A stretch of DNA of 64,000 nucleotides from the IMG/VR virus record IMGVR_UViG_3300011211_000002; one strand, 5' to 3'. This document shows positions 20,333-29,684 of the stretch, one piece after another. Both the position numbers and the translations under genes were made by a program. The notes beneath the pieces were generated by a model. That model ran no database searches, had not been told where the DNA came from, and saw only the letters and a program-made list of their open reading frames with translations. The number at the start of each line of letters is the position of its first letter. Positions within the stretch are counted from its first letter, which is position 1. The DNA is from an uncultured virus (IMG/VR IMGVR_UViG_3300011211_000002) (Duplodnaviria; Heunggongvirae; Uroviricota; Caudoviricetes).

Positions 20333-20672
20333 CTATTTTACTATATGTTATGAGAGTAAGTGGATAGTCAAATTTGTAATGATACATCTTTTCTTTAAGT
20401 AAGAAAAGTGGTTGAGTCATTCCTTTTACATCAATTATTTCTATACTGTCATCATTATGTATAACTTTAAAATCTGCTTTATATGTAATTGCTCGAAACT
20501 TCTTACCATCCTTTTCAAACTTGGACTGTAATTCAAAAGATGGTTGTAAAGTAAATCCTTTTATCTTACCTTGTATACGTTGCTGCTTTAAGTATAAGTA
20601 GTAATCACGTTCCATTTTTGATGCAAACTTAATACCGTCTTCAACTACCGATTTTGCACCATATTTAGTCAT
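20250..20672 (-). CDS. DUF1064 family PD-(D/E)XK nuclease
   Basis: KYGAK, DGIKFASKME, LQPSFEL, ITYKADF, IIDVKG. Confidence 0.85.
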   Translation of the reverse strand: MTKYGAKSVVEDGIKFASKMERDYYLYLKQQRIQGKIKGFTLQPSFELQSKFEKDGKKFRAITYKADFKVIHNDDSIEIIDVKGMTQPLFLLKEKMYHYKFDYPLTLITYSKIDGGWITLEALSEKRKQRKKARQSKVKH

Positions 20673-21324
20673 AAGCATCGTACCATATTGGTTTTATTTC
20701 TTTTAAATCACTGTGAGATGATCCTCTTTTTATAGAACTAACCATGCTTTGGGTGATATTGTATCTTATACCGATTTCCGATTGGGTTAATTTTGTGTTT
20801 AAAGTTAACCATCTCACTTCAGAAACTTCGATATCTGATAATTTAACTTTAAATTTAGTGTTAGGTAACCCATCTCTTCTCACACCACGCTTCAATGGTG
20901 TAATTAGTTTTTCACCTCTGTCACCTACGTTATACCTATGTTGAATGCATACCAATTTAAATCCGTACTTTTTAGCAACTTGAGCTAAGGTTAACTCTTC
21001 ACCATTTATGATTGTCTTAACACTATTTCTTTTGTTATTATCTTGTTCTTCTCTGGTACTCCATCTGCAATTAGACGGTTCGTAATTTCCTTCTGGATTT
21101 TTCCTGTCTATTGACAATCCTTCTTTGTATCCGTTATCCATAGACCAAATATAGAAATTCATAAAATCATCTTCCCAACCTTGACAGACTCTAACTCCTT
21201 TTGCTCCATAGAACTCATAGTTGGTCGATTTTTCGTTATTACATCTTTGAATCATATCTGCCCATTTTCTATAAATTTTCGTATTACTTAATCCATGATT
21301 TTTCTTTGTACCATACTTTGTCAA
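20665..21324 (-). CDS. HNH homing endonuclease with C-terminal HTH
   Basis: HGLSNTKIYRKWADMIQRC, YGAKGV, SIDRKNPEGNYEPSNCRW, TQSEIGIRYNITQSMVS. Confidence 0.85.
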   Translation of the reverse strand: MTKYGTKKNHGLSNTKIYRKWADMIQRCNNEKSTNYEFYGAKGVRVCQGWEDDFMNFYIWSMDNGYKEGLSIDRKNPEGNYEPSNCRWSTREEQDNNKRNSVKTIINGEELTLAQVAKKYGFKLVCIQHRYNVGDRGEKLITPLKRGVRRDGLPNTKFKVKLSDIEVSEVRWLTLNTKLTQSEIGIRYNITQSMVSSIKRGSSHSDLKEIKPIWYDAYD

Positions 21325-21764
21325 TCAGCTTCACCTTCATCGATATCTTCATCGTCTACAATTTCTACACCCTTTACTTTCTTTCTTCCTCTCCCCTTGG
21401 CAGATTCCCCTAGATCAACAGTAATATGTTCTGTAAGATGTTCTGAGACCTCTTTTGCTACCTTATCAATATGTACAAGTGCTTTGTTAATTGCTTCTTT
21501 CAAATCTTCAACTTGACTTAAATCTTGTTCGCTTAGATTCTCTAGAAATTCTTTTTCAATGAGTCGTTTACCTAAGGTATTTAGATTTCCAAAGTAGCTT
21601 GCATTTGTTTTGTTAAAAGCAAATTCACCACTACCTTCAGCATTTTTACCTCTAGACATTTTCTTCTCATACTTATTCATTAATGCAAAGTTTAATTTAT
21701 CAACTGCAATCCTGTGTTGAGAAGTAATTTGTACTTCATTTTTCTCTAATGGAGGTTCTAACAT
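21321..21764 (-). CDS. Hypothetical protein
   Basis: ORF track, overlapping stop/start with next gene. Confidence 0.7.
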   Translation of the reverse strand: MLEPPLEKNEVQITSQHRIAVDKLNFALMNKYEKKMSRGKNAEGSGEFAFNKTNASYFGNLNTLGKRLIEKEFLENLSEQDLSQVEDLKEAINKALVHIDKVAKEVSEHLTEHITVDLGESAKGRGRKKVKGVEIVDDEDIDEGEAD

Positions 21765-21776
21765 TATATCACCCTT

Positions 21777-21959
21777 TTATGTATTTTTATTAATATTATC
21801 ATTTCTAATAAAATGTAATTCTAGTAGCAGCTTTTTGATTGTCTTACTACACCAAACAGCATTTTCACGATTAAATTCTGTCTGTTCATTTAAGTAATCC
21901 AATTCGTTTAAAATTCTCTGTTCTTCTTCATAAGTCAATCTCCTGACCATTGTCCTCAC
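21777..21959 (-). CDS. Small hypothetical protein
   Basis: ORF track, GGGAG RBS. Confidence 0.6.
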   Translation of the reverse strand: MRTMVRRLTYEEEQRILNELDYLNEQTEFNRENAVWCSKTIKKLLLELHFIRNDNINKNT

Positions 21960-21982
21960 TCCCTTTCTAAACTATATTAGTA

Positions 21983-22025
21983 ATTATAACATTCTCAATT
22001 TATATTTCAAGTATTTTATGTATTT
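21983..22025 (-). promoter_or_regulatory. Sigma-A promoter upstream of replication block, with AAATACATAA
   Basis: TTGAAA-16-TATAAT with extended TG; motif at 22016-22025. Confidence 0.7.
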
Positions 22026-22057
22026 ATTTATTTAATTTTATAAAATGTGATTTTTAA

Positions 22058-22237
22058 TTAATAGTAAAATTCTTTTAACTTTTCATCGATTTTATTCAAT
22101 ACATCACCTGCTTGCTTCCATAGTTCAGCCAACTCACTGTCCTGTATTTTTTCATAAGATAAATAATGTTGAACAGTGTAACCAAGTCCTTCGCTCATTA
22201 TTTTGTCTGCAATTTGTTCATTTGTATATTTAGACAT
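22058..22237 (-). CDS. 59-aa hypothetical protein (not in ORF track)
   Basis: MSKYTNEQIADKIMSEGLGY...EFYY with GGAG RBS; stop abuts near-copy of boundary element at 22040. Confidence 0.65.
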   Translation of the reverse strand: MSKYTNEQIADKIMSEGLGYTVQHYLSYEKIQDSELAELWKQAGDVLNKIDEKLKEFYY

Positions 22238-22241
22238 TTAA

Positions 22242-22496
22242 TCATTCTCCTTCTTTTATTTTAGGCTTATAAACATCTGGTCGTGTTTCTTTAAACCATT
22301 TAATAAATTGCTTTTTATATCTAATAAATTTCACAAAGTAAGTAACACCTTTAATACGTTTATACAACCATACGTTGAAAATGTACCAAATAGGATATAA
22401 AAGTAAGCTAATTACTAATAGACTTCCTAAAATAATAATTAAGACTGCTGATATGTACGAACTGACTGATAAAACATTTATTACAAAATCATTCAA
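22242..22496 (-). CDS. Small membrane protein
   Basis: Long hydrophobic N-terminus. Confidence 0.6.
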   Translation of the reverse strand: MNDFVINVLSVSSYISAVLIIILGSLLVISLLLYPIWYIFNVWLYKRIKGVTYFVKFIRYKKQFIKWFKETRPDVYKPKIKEGE

Positions 22497-22550
22497 TCTA
22501 TATCACTCTCCTTTTTTTTAATAAAACTGAAATATTATTTAGTTTTTAAC

Positions 22551-22889
22551 TTAATCTTTCTTATTCAAGTAGTCAATTTTATGTGTTAAGTAATCTCGTA
22601 ATTGAACCATTTCAATTAAAGTCATACTCATCCAATAATCTTTATCATAGTTGTGTAATTCTATGTATAAAGGGTCGTTAATTTCTTTCGAATCATACCA
22701 AGTATCTTGATTGGACTCTAAAATTAAATATCTTTTATCTGAATCAGGATCTTTAATTTCTAGTTTACCTTTAGTTTCATACCACTCTTCTTTATTAGAT
22801 TTACCTTCTTTGATGCTTAAAACCTCTTCACGTAATCCATCCAATTTCTCTATAATAACTTCTAATTTATCCATAGTTAATGCCTCCAT
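22551..22889 (-). CDS. Hypothetical protein
   Basis: ORF track; elements at 22521 and 22902. Confidence 0.7.
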   Translation of the reverse strand: MEALTMDKLEVIIEKLDGLREEVLSIKEGKSNKEEWYETKGKLEIKDPDSDKRYLILESNQDTWYDSKEINDPLYIELHNYDKDYWMSMTLIEMVQLRDYLTHKIDYLNKKD

Positions 22890-22919
22890 CCTTATAATTT
22901 TATAAAAGCAGAATATTAT

Positions 22920-23699
22920 TTAATTAGTCCAGTCAGAATCAAAGTGCTTATCAACCAATTCCATTACATCTTCAATATTAACTCTCTCTTTACCCTGTAG
23001 ATCTTCAATAATAGCCATAAAATACGCTAAATCTACACCTGTTAATTGTTCACGTAGAACTTCTCTATCCTTCAAGTCGAATTCATTTAGTTGTACTGCC
23101 ATTTTTAAATATTGTCCTGCATTAACAGTCCATCCTCGCTCAATGAATTTTCGTGTTCTAATAATAGAAGCTAATGGATATTTAGATCCTGTGTAATGTA
23201 GTTCTCTAGTTAGTATTGCTTTCATAGCATTTTCTTTTAACACTAATTTATTAATTGATGGTAAGTAGTAACAATGCGTATGAACAAAATCGAAATTAGA
23301 GTGTATTTCTTCTGGATTTCCTACAAATCTAGTAATTAATTGAAAAGTGTATTCTGAACTACTAATAGTGACTGCATTGTCAGTAATAAATAATGTGTAT
23401 CCATTGATTACATGTTGTTCAATTACACTATTTTGTTTCAAGATTTTAACCCTATAATCAGACACATCATATGTAATTTCACTTGGTAATAGAGATTTAA
23501 GTACTTTTAATAATTCATCTGAATTTTTAAAGTAAATGTCGTAATCATTAACATCTTCATCTAATAACAGAGAAGTAATAGCTCCTCCAGTAATAAATGA
23601 GTTGTTCATCGCTACTGTCTTCAACTCTTCTGAATTGAATAATTTTGTAAATTCATCATTAGCTTTTTTTAATACCGTTTTAATAGTTGTTAGTTTCAC
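22920..23699 (-). CDS. Nucleotidyltransferase-fold protein
   Basis: FITGGAI...VNDYDIYF (GG + DxD), NFDF, RTRKFIERGW. Confidence 0.65.
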   Translation of the reverse strand: MKLTTIKTVLKKANDEFTKLFNSEELKTVAMNNSFITGGAITSLLLDEDVNDYDIYFKNSDELLKVLKSLLPSEITYDVSDYRVKILKQNSVIEQHVINGYTLFITDNAVTISSSEYTFQLITRFVGNPEEIHSNFDFVHTHCYYLPSINKLVLKENAMKAILTRELHYTGSKYPLASIIRTRKFIERGWTVNAGQYLKMAVQLNEFDLKDREVLREQLTGVDLAYFMAIIEDLQGKERVNIEDVMELVDKHFDSDWTN

Positions 23700-23759
23700 A
23701 CAGTACCCTCCTAAGTTTTAAATAATACGTGTATTTTATTGAGTTTAATTTATGTATTT

Positions 23760-23867
23760 TTATTTATTAATAACTAATTCATATCCAAACCATCTGAAAA
23801 TGTAGTAATATCTAGTGTTTTCTAGCCTCGGTGTACAACTGTATAGAAATCCTTTTAATTTCAACAT
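23760..23867 (-). CDS. 35-aa micro-ORF between two boundary elements
   Basis: GAGGTG RBS; MLKLKGFLYSCTPRLENTRYYYIFRWFGYELVINK. Confidence 0.5.
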   Translation of the reverse strand: MLKLKGFLYSCTPRLENTRYYYIFRWFGYELVINK

Positions 23868-23900
23868 ATTCACCTCATTTCAATAAAATCGTACTATTAT

Positions 23901-24161
23901 TTAATCTTCTTTCAACAATTCTTCAAGAGTATGATTATCAATATAATCCTTAGCTATTGATTCCAACTTCTCGTATTCGGAACGCCATTCACTGACCTGC
24001 TGCTTCAAACTAATTGTTTCATCTAATAATTTACGTAAATACCAAGTATCTTGTCTAGCTTCATTCAAATTACCATCAACATAAATCTCTACATCTGTGG
24101 AAGATTCAGCTTGTTTATATTTAACTTTAAAATCATTTACCTTGATTAAGATACTGTCCAT
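23901..24161 (-). CDS. Hypothetical protein
   Basis: Start MDSIL behind GGAGAG; elements at 23883 and 24184. Confidence 0.65.
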   Translation of the reverse strand: MDSILIKVNDFKVKYKQAESSTDVEIYVDGNLNEARQDTWYLRKLLDETISLKQQVSEWRSEYEKLESIAKDYIDNHTLEELLKED

Positions 24162-24197
24162 CGAATTACATCTCTCCTTTTTCATAAAAGTGAATTA

Positions 24198-24491
24198 TTA
24201 TTTAATATTCCATTGTTTAAGATTGCTTGTATCAAAGTAGTTCCATTTAGTATTACTCAACATCAAATCTAACGTATATTTAGATTCTTCCTCTGTCATA
24301 TTTGGATTAACTTTCATCCATGTATCAATTAGTAAATTGTTATCTGTCTGGTGCAGCATAGCCATTTTACGAATCATGAGTAACTCTTTATCACTAAATT
24401 TCAACTTAATATTGGTCTTAGCTGTGTTTATCAACTTCATAGCAATATCTCTAATTCTATTTTCCTCAGAATAAGTGAATTTATAACTCAT
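24198..24491 (-). CDS. Hypothetical protein
   Basis: ORF track. Confidence 0.65.
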   Translation of the reverse strand: MSYKFTYSEENRIRDIAMKLINTAKTNIKLKFSDKELLMIRKMAMLHQTDNNLLIDTWMKVNPNMTEEESKYTLDLMLSNTKWNYFDTSNLKQWNIK

Positions 24492-24516
24492 CTTGTCACC
24501 CTTTCGTAATACTATT

Positions 24517-24768
24517 TCACTCCATTACTTTTCTGTAATCTGGATTTACTCTTTCAATTACTTCTTTACATTTTCGTAAGAAGAAAATTGTGGGTTCTTG
24601 ATTTTCAATTCCTTTGTACCATGCTTCATGTAACTGCTGATATTTAATTGCTAAATCCATCATGTAATCCATCTCTTCAATTGAAACATGAGTGAAATTT
24701 GAAAAACTTTCCGCATCTTTAAAGATTAATTTTTCAACCTCTAATGGAGTGTACTTTAACTCTTCCAT
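24517..24768 (-). CDS. Hypothetical protein
   Basis: Start MEELKY behind AGGAG. Confidence 0.65.
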   Translation of the reverse strand: MEELKYTPLEVEKLIFKDAESFSNFTHVSIEEMDYMMDLAIKYQQLHEAWYKGIENQEPTIFFLRKCKEVIERVNPDYRKVME

Positions 24769-24856
24769 ATTTATGCTCCTTAATCGTTTTATTTGAAAAT
24801 GATCAATGCGAAATGCTAACATGAATGTGATATAAGTTGTAAAGGATTGATTATGT

Positions 24857-25018
24857 ATGACTGAAAAACTTAATACAAATACAGTTAATTGTGATGAACA
24901 TCTAGCATTGAAAAACCTGTTCAATGAAATTTCTGATGATGAATTAGAAATCGCTAAGAAATATATTGAAGCACTAGCACATCTTAATAAGAAGTCTGAG
25001 GATAAACCTAAAGGATGA
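24857..25018 (+). CDS. 53-aa counter-oriented helical protein (not in ORF track)
   Basis: AAAGGA RBS; MTEKLNTNTVNCDEHLALKNLFNEISDDELEIAKKYIEALAHLNKK...; followed by terminator. Confidence 0.6.
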   Translation: MTEKLNTNTVNCDEHLALKNLFNEISDDELEIAKKYIEALAHLNKKSEDKPKG

Positions 25019-25033
25019 TTTCATCCTTTTTTT
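25010..25033 (+). terminator. Rho-independent terminator
   Basis: AAAGGATGA-tt-TCATCCTTT followed by T run. Confidence 0.65.
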
Positions 25034-25064
25034 ATTTCTTATAATATAATTCTTTTATCTAATT

Positions 25065-25691
25065 TTAAGAAACAATCTCACCACTTGAGTAATGAAATAT
25101 GTATTCACGAACATGTTCTTTAAACAATAGAACTGTATATCTTACTGTACTTACACTAACTCCTATTAATGGAGCTACTTCATTAGTTGTAATTTCCCTG
25201 AACATTAATGGGATCAAGTATGGATGGTACTTATCAATAACCCATGTTTTTGCGTATTCAATTGCATTATGTAAGTATATGAAATCTTTATTATGTAAAA
25301 CATCTTTATTTGATACGTCTAAAATGTCAATCAGCTTACTACCTTCATTATCTAAAACGTTCGCATCTAGATATGAAAATGTAAAATCTGATGAATCCCT
25401 TTTCTTTCTTGTTGCTGCCTTTATACTTTTAATTACTTCATTTCTCATTATTGAGAAACAATATGTAGAAAATTTACAATTCCTAGTTGAAGAATATGTT
25501 TGTGCAGCTCTAGAAAAAGCATAATTGCAATCACTCTTTATGTCTTCTGAAGTAATTACTTTTGAACTCTTAAAAAGCTTTTTAACCTCAAAAACTAAAC
25601 CTATATTTCGCATGTATAACTCATCAAACGCTAACTCGTTATTGTCATTTTTATATAACTCTACTAATTCTTCATTTGTTAGTTTTTCCAT
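25065..25691 (-). CDS. Sigma-70 family RNA polymerase sigma factor
   Basis: LTNEELV, AFDELY..NIGLV, KFSTY...MRNE, C-terminal HTH EVAPLIGVSVSTV. Confidence 0.8.
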   Translation of the reverse strand: MEKLTNEELVELYKNDNNELAFDELYMRNIGLVFEVKKLFKSSKVITSEDIKSDCNYAFSRAAQTYSSTRNCKFSTYCFSIMRNEVIKSIKAATRKKRDSSDFTFSYLDANVLDNEGSKLIDILDVSNKDVLHNKDFIYLHNAIEYAKTWVIDKYHPYLIPLMFREITTNEVAPLIGVSVSTVRYTVLLFKEHVREYIFHYSSGEIVS

Positions 25692-25778
25692 CCTTTTTCC
25701 TCTATGTATAATATTTTGATAAGTCTCACTTGCAAGAGCACCTATTTCAGTATAAGCACTCTTGCTACAATCGACTTT

Positions 25779-25982
25779 TTATTTCTGCTTCCAGATGTCT
25801 TCATTAATTGATTCAGCCTCATTTTCAACACTGTACCACTCATTAGCTATATCAAGATTAATTTTAGCCATTTCCTGATACCCTATTTCCATCTGCTTGA
25901 ACATTGCTTCTCTAAGCTTGTCCTGTATTCTGGAATCTTCCCTTAACTGCTTTATTTCTTCAAACATACCACCCATCTCCAT
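25779..25982 (-). CDS. MazE/NdoAI C-terminal-like orphan antitoxin
   Basis: MEIGYQEMAKINLDIANE...ENEAE resembles B. subtilis NdoAI MRRGYMEMAKINLNISSE...ECEAE (recalled sequence); no RHH domain. Confidence 0.75.
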   Translation of the reverse strand: MEMGGMFEEIKQLREDSRIQDKLREAMFKQMEIGYQEMAKINLDIANEWYSVENEAESINEDIWKQK

Positions 25983-26089
25983 TCATTATTATGTATTTAT
26001 TTCATTAGTCACCGACAATTTGCTACATAACAACTTCACTACTGATCGAGAATGGATTTACATTCCTTTATTTCTACTAGAATATGTAT

Positions 26090-26133
26090 ATCTTACTATA
26101 TTAAGTTTAAATAATCAATAGTTTTATGTATTT
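26090..26133 (-). promoter_or_regulatory. Sigma-A promoter with AAATACATAA
   Basis: TTGATT-17-TAAGAT; motif at 26124-26133. Confidence 0.55.
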
Positions 26134-26153
26134 ATTTATATAAAATTCCACTA

Positions 26154-26615
26154 TTATTCAATAATCCGTAACGGTATTCCGAAATGCAGTTCTAATTCTT
26201 TCATTGTCATTTCTAAAGGTTTCATGTTTTCATTTGTAACTACTTCAAATTCGTCCCATATGAAATCTGTTAGATCAAATGGATAGTCTGTAATATGTCC
26301 ATTTTCTAATTTACATAAGGTACGATTACATTGTGGATTGAAATAAATGTACTGTACATCATAAGTCTTACTATTACCGATTCCACACACGGCAACTTCA
26401 TTAACTTCTTTACCAATAGGGATTTCAAGCTTAGTAAATTTATTATTGAAATACTCATTGTTGGGTGTAAATTTACTGTATTCGTAATTTCCATCCAAAT
26501 AAGTTACTTTAATTATAGGTGCATCTGTCAATATTTTTAAAGTTCGATTCTTTGGTCTGATTTTCTTACCTTCTTTTAACCATTGAATCACTTGAGTAAT
26601 ATCTTGTTTTATCAT
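26154..26615 (-). CDS. Hypothetical protein
   Basis: Start MIKQD behind GGAGAG. Confidence 0.65.
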   Translation of the reverse strand: MIKQDITQVIQWLKEGKKIRPKNRTLKILTDAPIIKVTYLDGNYEYSKFTPNNEYFNNKFTKLEIPIGKEVNEVAVCGIGNSKTYDVQYIYFNPQCNRTLCKLENGHITDYPFDLTDFIWDEFEVVTNENMKPLEMTMKELELHFGIPLRIIE

Positions 26616-26664
26616 ATTTAAATAACTCTCCTTTTTAATTAATAGAGTGGTTTTATTAAATATC

Positions 26665-27099
26665 TTAATTAACATTCAGTAATTCAGAATCTTCATAAAT
26701 GTTACCAATAATCTCAAATTCATCTACATATAAAAACAAATAATCACCTACATTTGTTGACACAACATAAGACATATAAGACCAATTAATGACTCCTTTG
26801 TTTCCTATATACTCATATCCATTTCTTGTCTTGAATTTGATAATGTCCCCATCATAAAGCGCCTTACCGTTCTTATCATTTAAGCCTGTATATTCACGAA
26901 TAGCTATTAAACTATTATCTAAAAACGAATATTCATTACCTTCACTGTCATTAACATAATCGATTTTACCTTTATCAAAAGAGATGCTGCAAACATCAAT
27001 CATTACCTCATATTCAGATATCCCTGCCAAGTGCATGTTTGATCCTAGATTATCTAATTTCTGAACAACTACAAATGCTTTATACTTCGTCTCTTTCAT
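26665..27099 (-). CDS. yopX: YopX family protein
   Basis: YTGLNDKNGKALYDGDII, EIIGNIYEDSELL. Confidence 0.85.
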   Translation of the reverse strand: MKETKYKAFVVVQKLDNLGSNMHLAGISEYEVMIDVCSISFDKGKIDYVNDSEGNEYSFLDNSLIAIREYTGLNDKNGKALYDGDIIKFKTRNGYEYIGNKGVINWSYMSYVVSTNVGDYLFLYVDEFEIIGNIYEDSELLNVN

Positions 27100-27692
27100 T
27101 ATTTAACCTCTTTATTCATTAGAATTTCATAGCACTTAACAACTAATCTGATCTGATAAGCAATATCATCAAAAGCGTCATGCTTTCGTTCATTCTCATC
27201 TGTAACAGACTTTTTAATTTCATCTTCTGTTAATCCAGAATTCATACTGGCTAATTCTAAAATTGTACGCACATCACGATCATTTTTATAATAAATTGGA
27301 TACTTCAATCCACTACAACCGTTCAAATTAGTCTGTAATTTTGCATTATCAAATAAGATACCGTTACCCCATAAGTAAACGTCTTTCATGTCTCCTGTAT
27401 TGGATTGTTTTAGTAGCCAATTATAAAGTTCTTCAAATAATTCGTGCTCACCATATGTACCTTTATTAATCAATTCAGTAAGTAATTCTTTATCTGTATT
27501 TAACCACCATTTCAATGTTGAACCGTCCACATTTAAGTTACCGTACTTTTCGATATCACCAATCAAATTAATCGAACCATACTTGTCCCCTGTTGTTAAA
27601 TCAAAACTCATCGCTGAAATTTGAAATACTGATGCATTCTCTCCAGTTCCTAATGTTTCAATATCAACCATAATATCTTTACGCATATTCAT
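27099..27692 (-). CDS. DEDDh 3'-5' exonuclease (Rv2179c-like)
   Basis: IMVDIETLG, TLKWW, WGNG..FD, RDVRT, HDAFDD. Confidence 0.85.
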   Translation of the reverse strand: MNMRKDIMVDIETLGTGENASVFQISAMSFDLTTGDKYGSINLIGDIEKYGNLNVDGSTLKWWLNTDKELLTELINKGTYGEHELFEELYNWLLKQSNTGDMKDVYLWGNGILFDNAKLQTNLNGCSGLKYPIYYKNDRDVRTILELASMNSGLTEDEIKKSVTDENERKHDAFDDIAYQIRLVVKCYEILMNKEVK

Positions 27693-28110
27693 TTCTCCTC
27701 ATTATGTATATGTATTTTAAAATCCTACGTATTTCATTAATATCTGGAATGGACGATAATCATTAGATATGTACTTCATATTACTCCCTACTTGCCATCC
27801 ATTCTTATTGCATTCTATAATGTTTTCATGCAGCTCAATTTCATTACTTGCTTTAACAATCTTCTTTCCGTTAAATTTATTAAACTTCATATTTTTATCC
27901 TCTTTTATGTATAATTTTAATAATATCTATATATTATGTATTTATTATTATTTAACTTCTCTTACTACATATTCACTTATCATGTACTTGGTATAACAAA
28001 TCGAATCACAATATAAATTTGCACCATCTATAAGATATTCATCTTCTCTTGTTAACTCATTTGAACAATCCTTATTCGCACAACATCCAATTACATTGAT
28101 ATCGTGATAC

Positions 28111-28350
28111 TTATTCAACTTCTTCACCCTCTCCTACAATAATGTTTTCTTTAAGAGGATTGTACTCTTTCTGCATTTCGAAATATTTAAATCCTGCTCC
28201 AACTTTTAGGTCAACTAACTGCTTTACTAACCAATCACATTCAGCGACCCATGTAACCATGTTATCATCATTATTAAACATTGACCCTTCGTCATACTTG
28301 TTGACGATCTTATCAAAAGTGTTTCTTAAATTTGCAATATCCTTATTCAT
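28111..28350 (-). CDS. Hypothetical protein
   Basis: ORF track. Confidence 0.6.
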   Translation of the reverse strand: MNKDIANLRNTFDKIVNKYDEGSMFNNDDNMVTWVAECDWLVKQLVDLKVGAGFKYFEMQKEYNPLKENIIVGEGEEVE

Positions 28351-28377
28351 TTTTATCGCACCTTTATGTATATGTAT

Positions 28378-28770
28378 TTAAATTACTACTCTTCTAAGCT
28401 TTGTTTGCATCATCTTTCGACATTCTGTATCTGCAATTTTAATTTGATAATGCTTTCTGTTCTTCCATATAATATTTGATTTTGTTACCTTAAGTAAATG
28501 TGCTATGTATCGATAATCCTCATTACTAAACTTTCCATGTTTAACACCAAACACTGTCACTAATGAATCTGTATAGATTGTCACCCCTTCCCAATCTTTC
28601 TTTAAAACCATTTGTAACGCCTTAATAATTGTAGTTGCTTCTGCTTTCATAGAAGATGAATCAAATCCTATAAAAGTTCTTCTTTTAATTTTATTATTCC
28701 CTTTCATTACAAAGTAATGGTGTGTTGAAGTACCATCCTTGTAGCTGCTGTCTGTATATATCTTTAACAT
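28378..28770 (-). CDS. Ribonuclease H-like protein
   Basis: IYTDSS, KAE, IYTDS, IAD acidic tetrad. Confidence 0.75.
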   Translation of the reverse strand: MLKIYTDSSYKDGTSTHHYFVMKGNNKIKRRTFIGFDSSSMKAEATTIIKALQMVLKKDWEGVTIYTDSLVTVFGVKHGKFSNEDYRYIAHLLKVTKSNIIWKNRKHYQIKIADTECRKMMQTKLRRVVI

Positions 28771-29113
28771 TCAATTTCACCTACCTATTTTTATTTTGAT
28801 CCACATTAATTATGTACATGTCCATTTCAATCATTCTTTGAATTAATTAATAAATCATTTATGTATACTACCCAATCATTTGCTGCATTTTTCGAGTTGT
28901 ATGTTTTTTCATAAATGTAACCATCTTCATCCCTAATAATTTTGTAACCCTCTCCCCATCTATTAGGTATAACAAAAAGATCAATCGCAAACGAATTTCC
29001 ATTCATTTAATAACCACCTTTTTATGTATTTATATATTTTATATTTATACTGATGTGATATTGGCTCCTTTACCATACCACATCATATTCTCACAAAGAC
29101 AACATTATCAAAT

Positions 29114-29563
29114 TCACCCCTTAATTTTCCTCAGAACTTCATAACTTGGATAGTTAATATTTAAGTATTTTCTTATCTCATCTATGCTAGACGCACTACC
29201 TGTTTCAATTGTAGTTAAATCTTCTGCATTATATAAAAATATATTATTGTGCATTAAAATTAAACTGTAGTCACCTCTACCATCAATCCTAATCAAATCG
29301 TTCATATTAAAAGATTTATTTTCTGATAGATAATATTTTACTTCTGGTGTACGTTTAAATATTTCAATTAAATCGCCATCTTCAGTTACCTCAGCAATTT
29401 CTACGAAATGAAAGTCTGAGCATTCTGATATTAACTTATTACCTCGCACATTTGTTACTTCTAGTCCATTAGTAGGTATTAAACCATCATAAAGTGACAA
29501 CAATTCTTCTGGGTTGTTATACTGAATTACTACTTCAGACTGAATCTTTGCTACTATTGTCAT
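29114..29563 (-). CDS. Hypothetical protein with own promoter
   Basis: ORF track; strong promoter upstream. Confidence 0.7.
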   Translation of the reverse strand: MTIVAKIQSEVVIQYNNPEELLSLYDGLIPTNGLEVTNVRGNKLISECSDFHFVEIAEVTEDGDLIEIFKRTPEVKYYLSENKSFNMNDLIRIDGRGDYSLILMHNNIFLYNAEDLTTIETGSASSIDEIRKYLNINYPSYEVLRKIKG

Positions 29564-29631
29564 AATTATATATTCCCCCTTTTTTATTTTATTAGCTTAT
29601 CTATGGTATAAATAGTTGCTTTATTAATACA

Positions 29632-29684
29632 ATTTTACCAATTGTCTAAAATATTGTCAATCTATAAATGAAAACATTTGTTCG
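29632..29684 (-). promoter_or_regulatory. Sigma-A promoter with adjacent LexA-box-like site
   Basis: TTGACA-17-TAAAAT; AAAACATTTGTTCG at 29671-29684 versus consensus CGAAC-N4-GTTCG. Confidence 0.6.

Noticed and set aside
20665..21324. Group I intron interrupting DUF1064
   Set aside because: The HNH ORF fills the whole interval, leaving no space for a ribozyme core, and DUF1064 has its own start
26154..26615. Tad2/DUF2829-like anti-Thoeris protein
   Set aside because: Only the short LKEGKKIR motif resembles it; the GWNG motif is missing and the length differs
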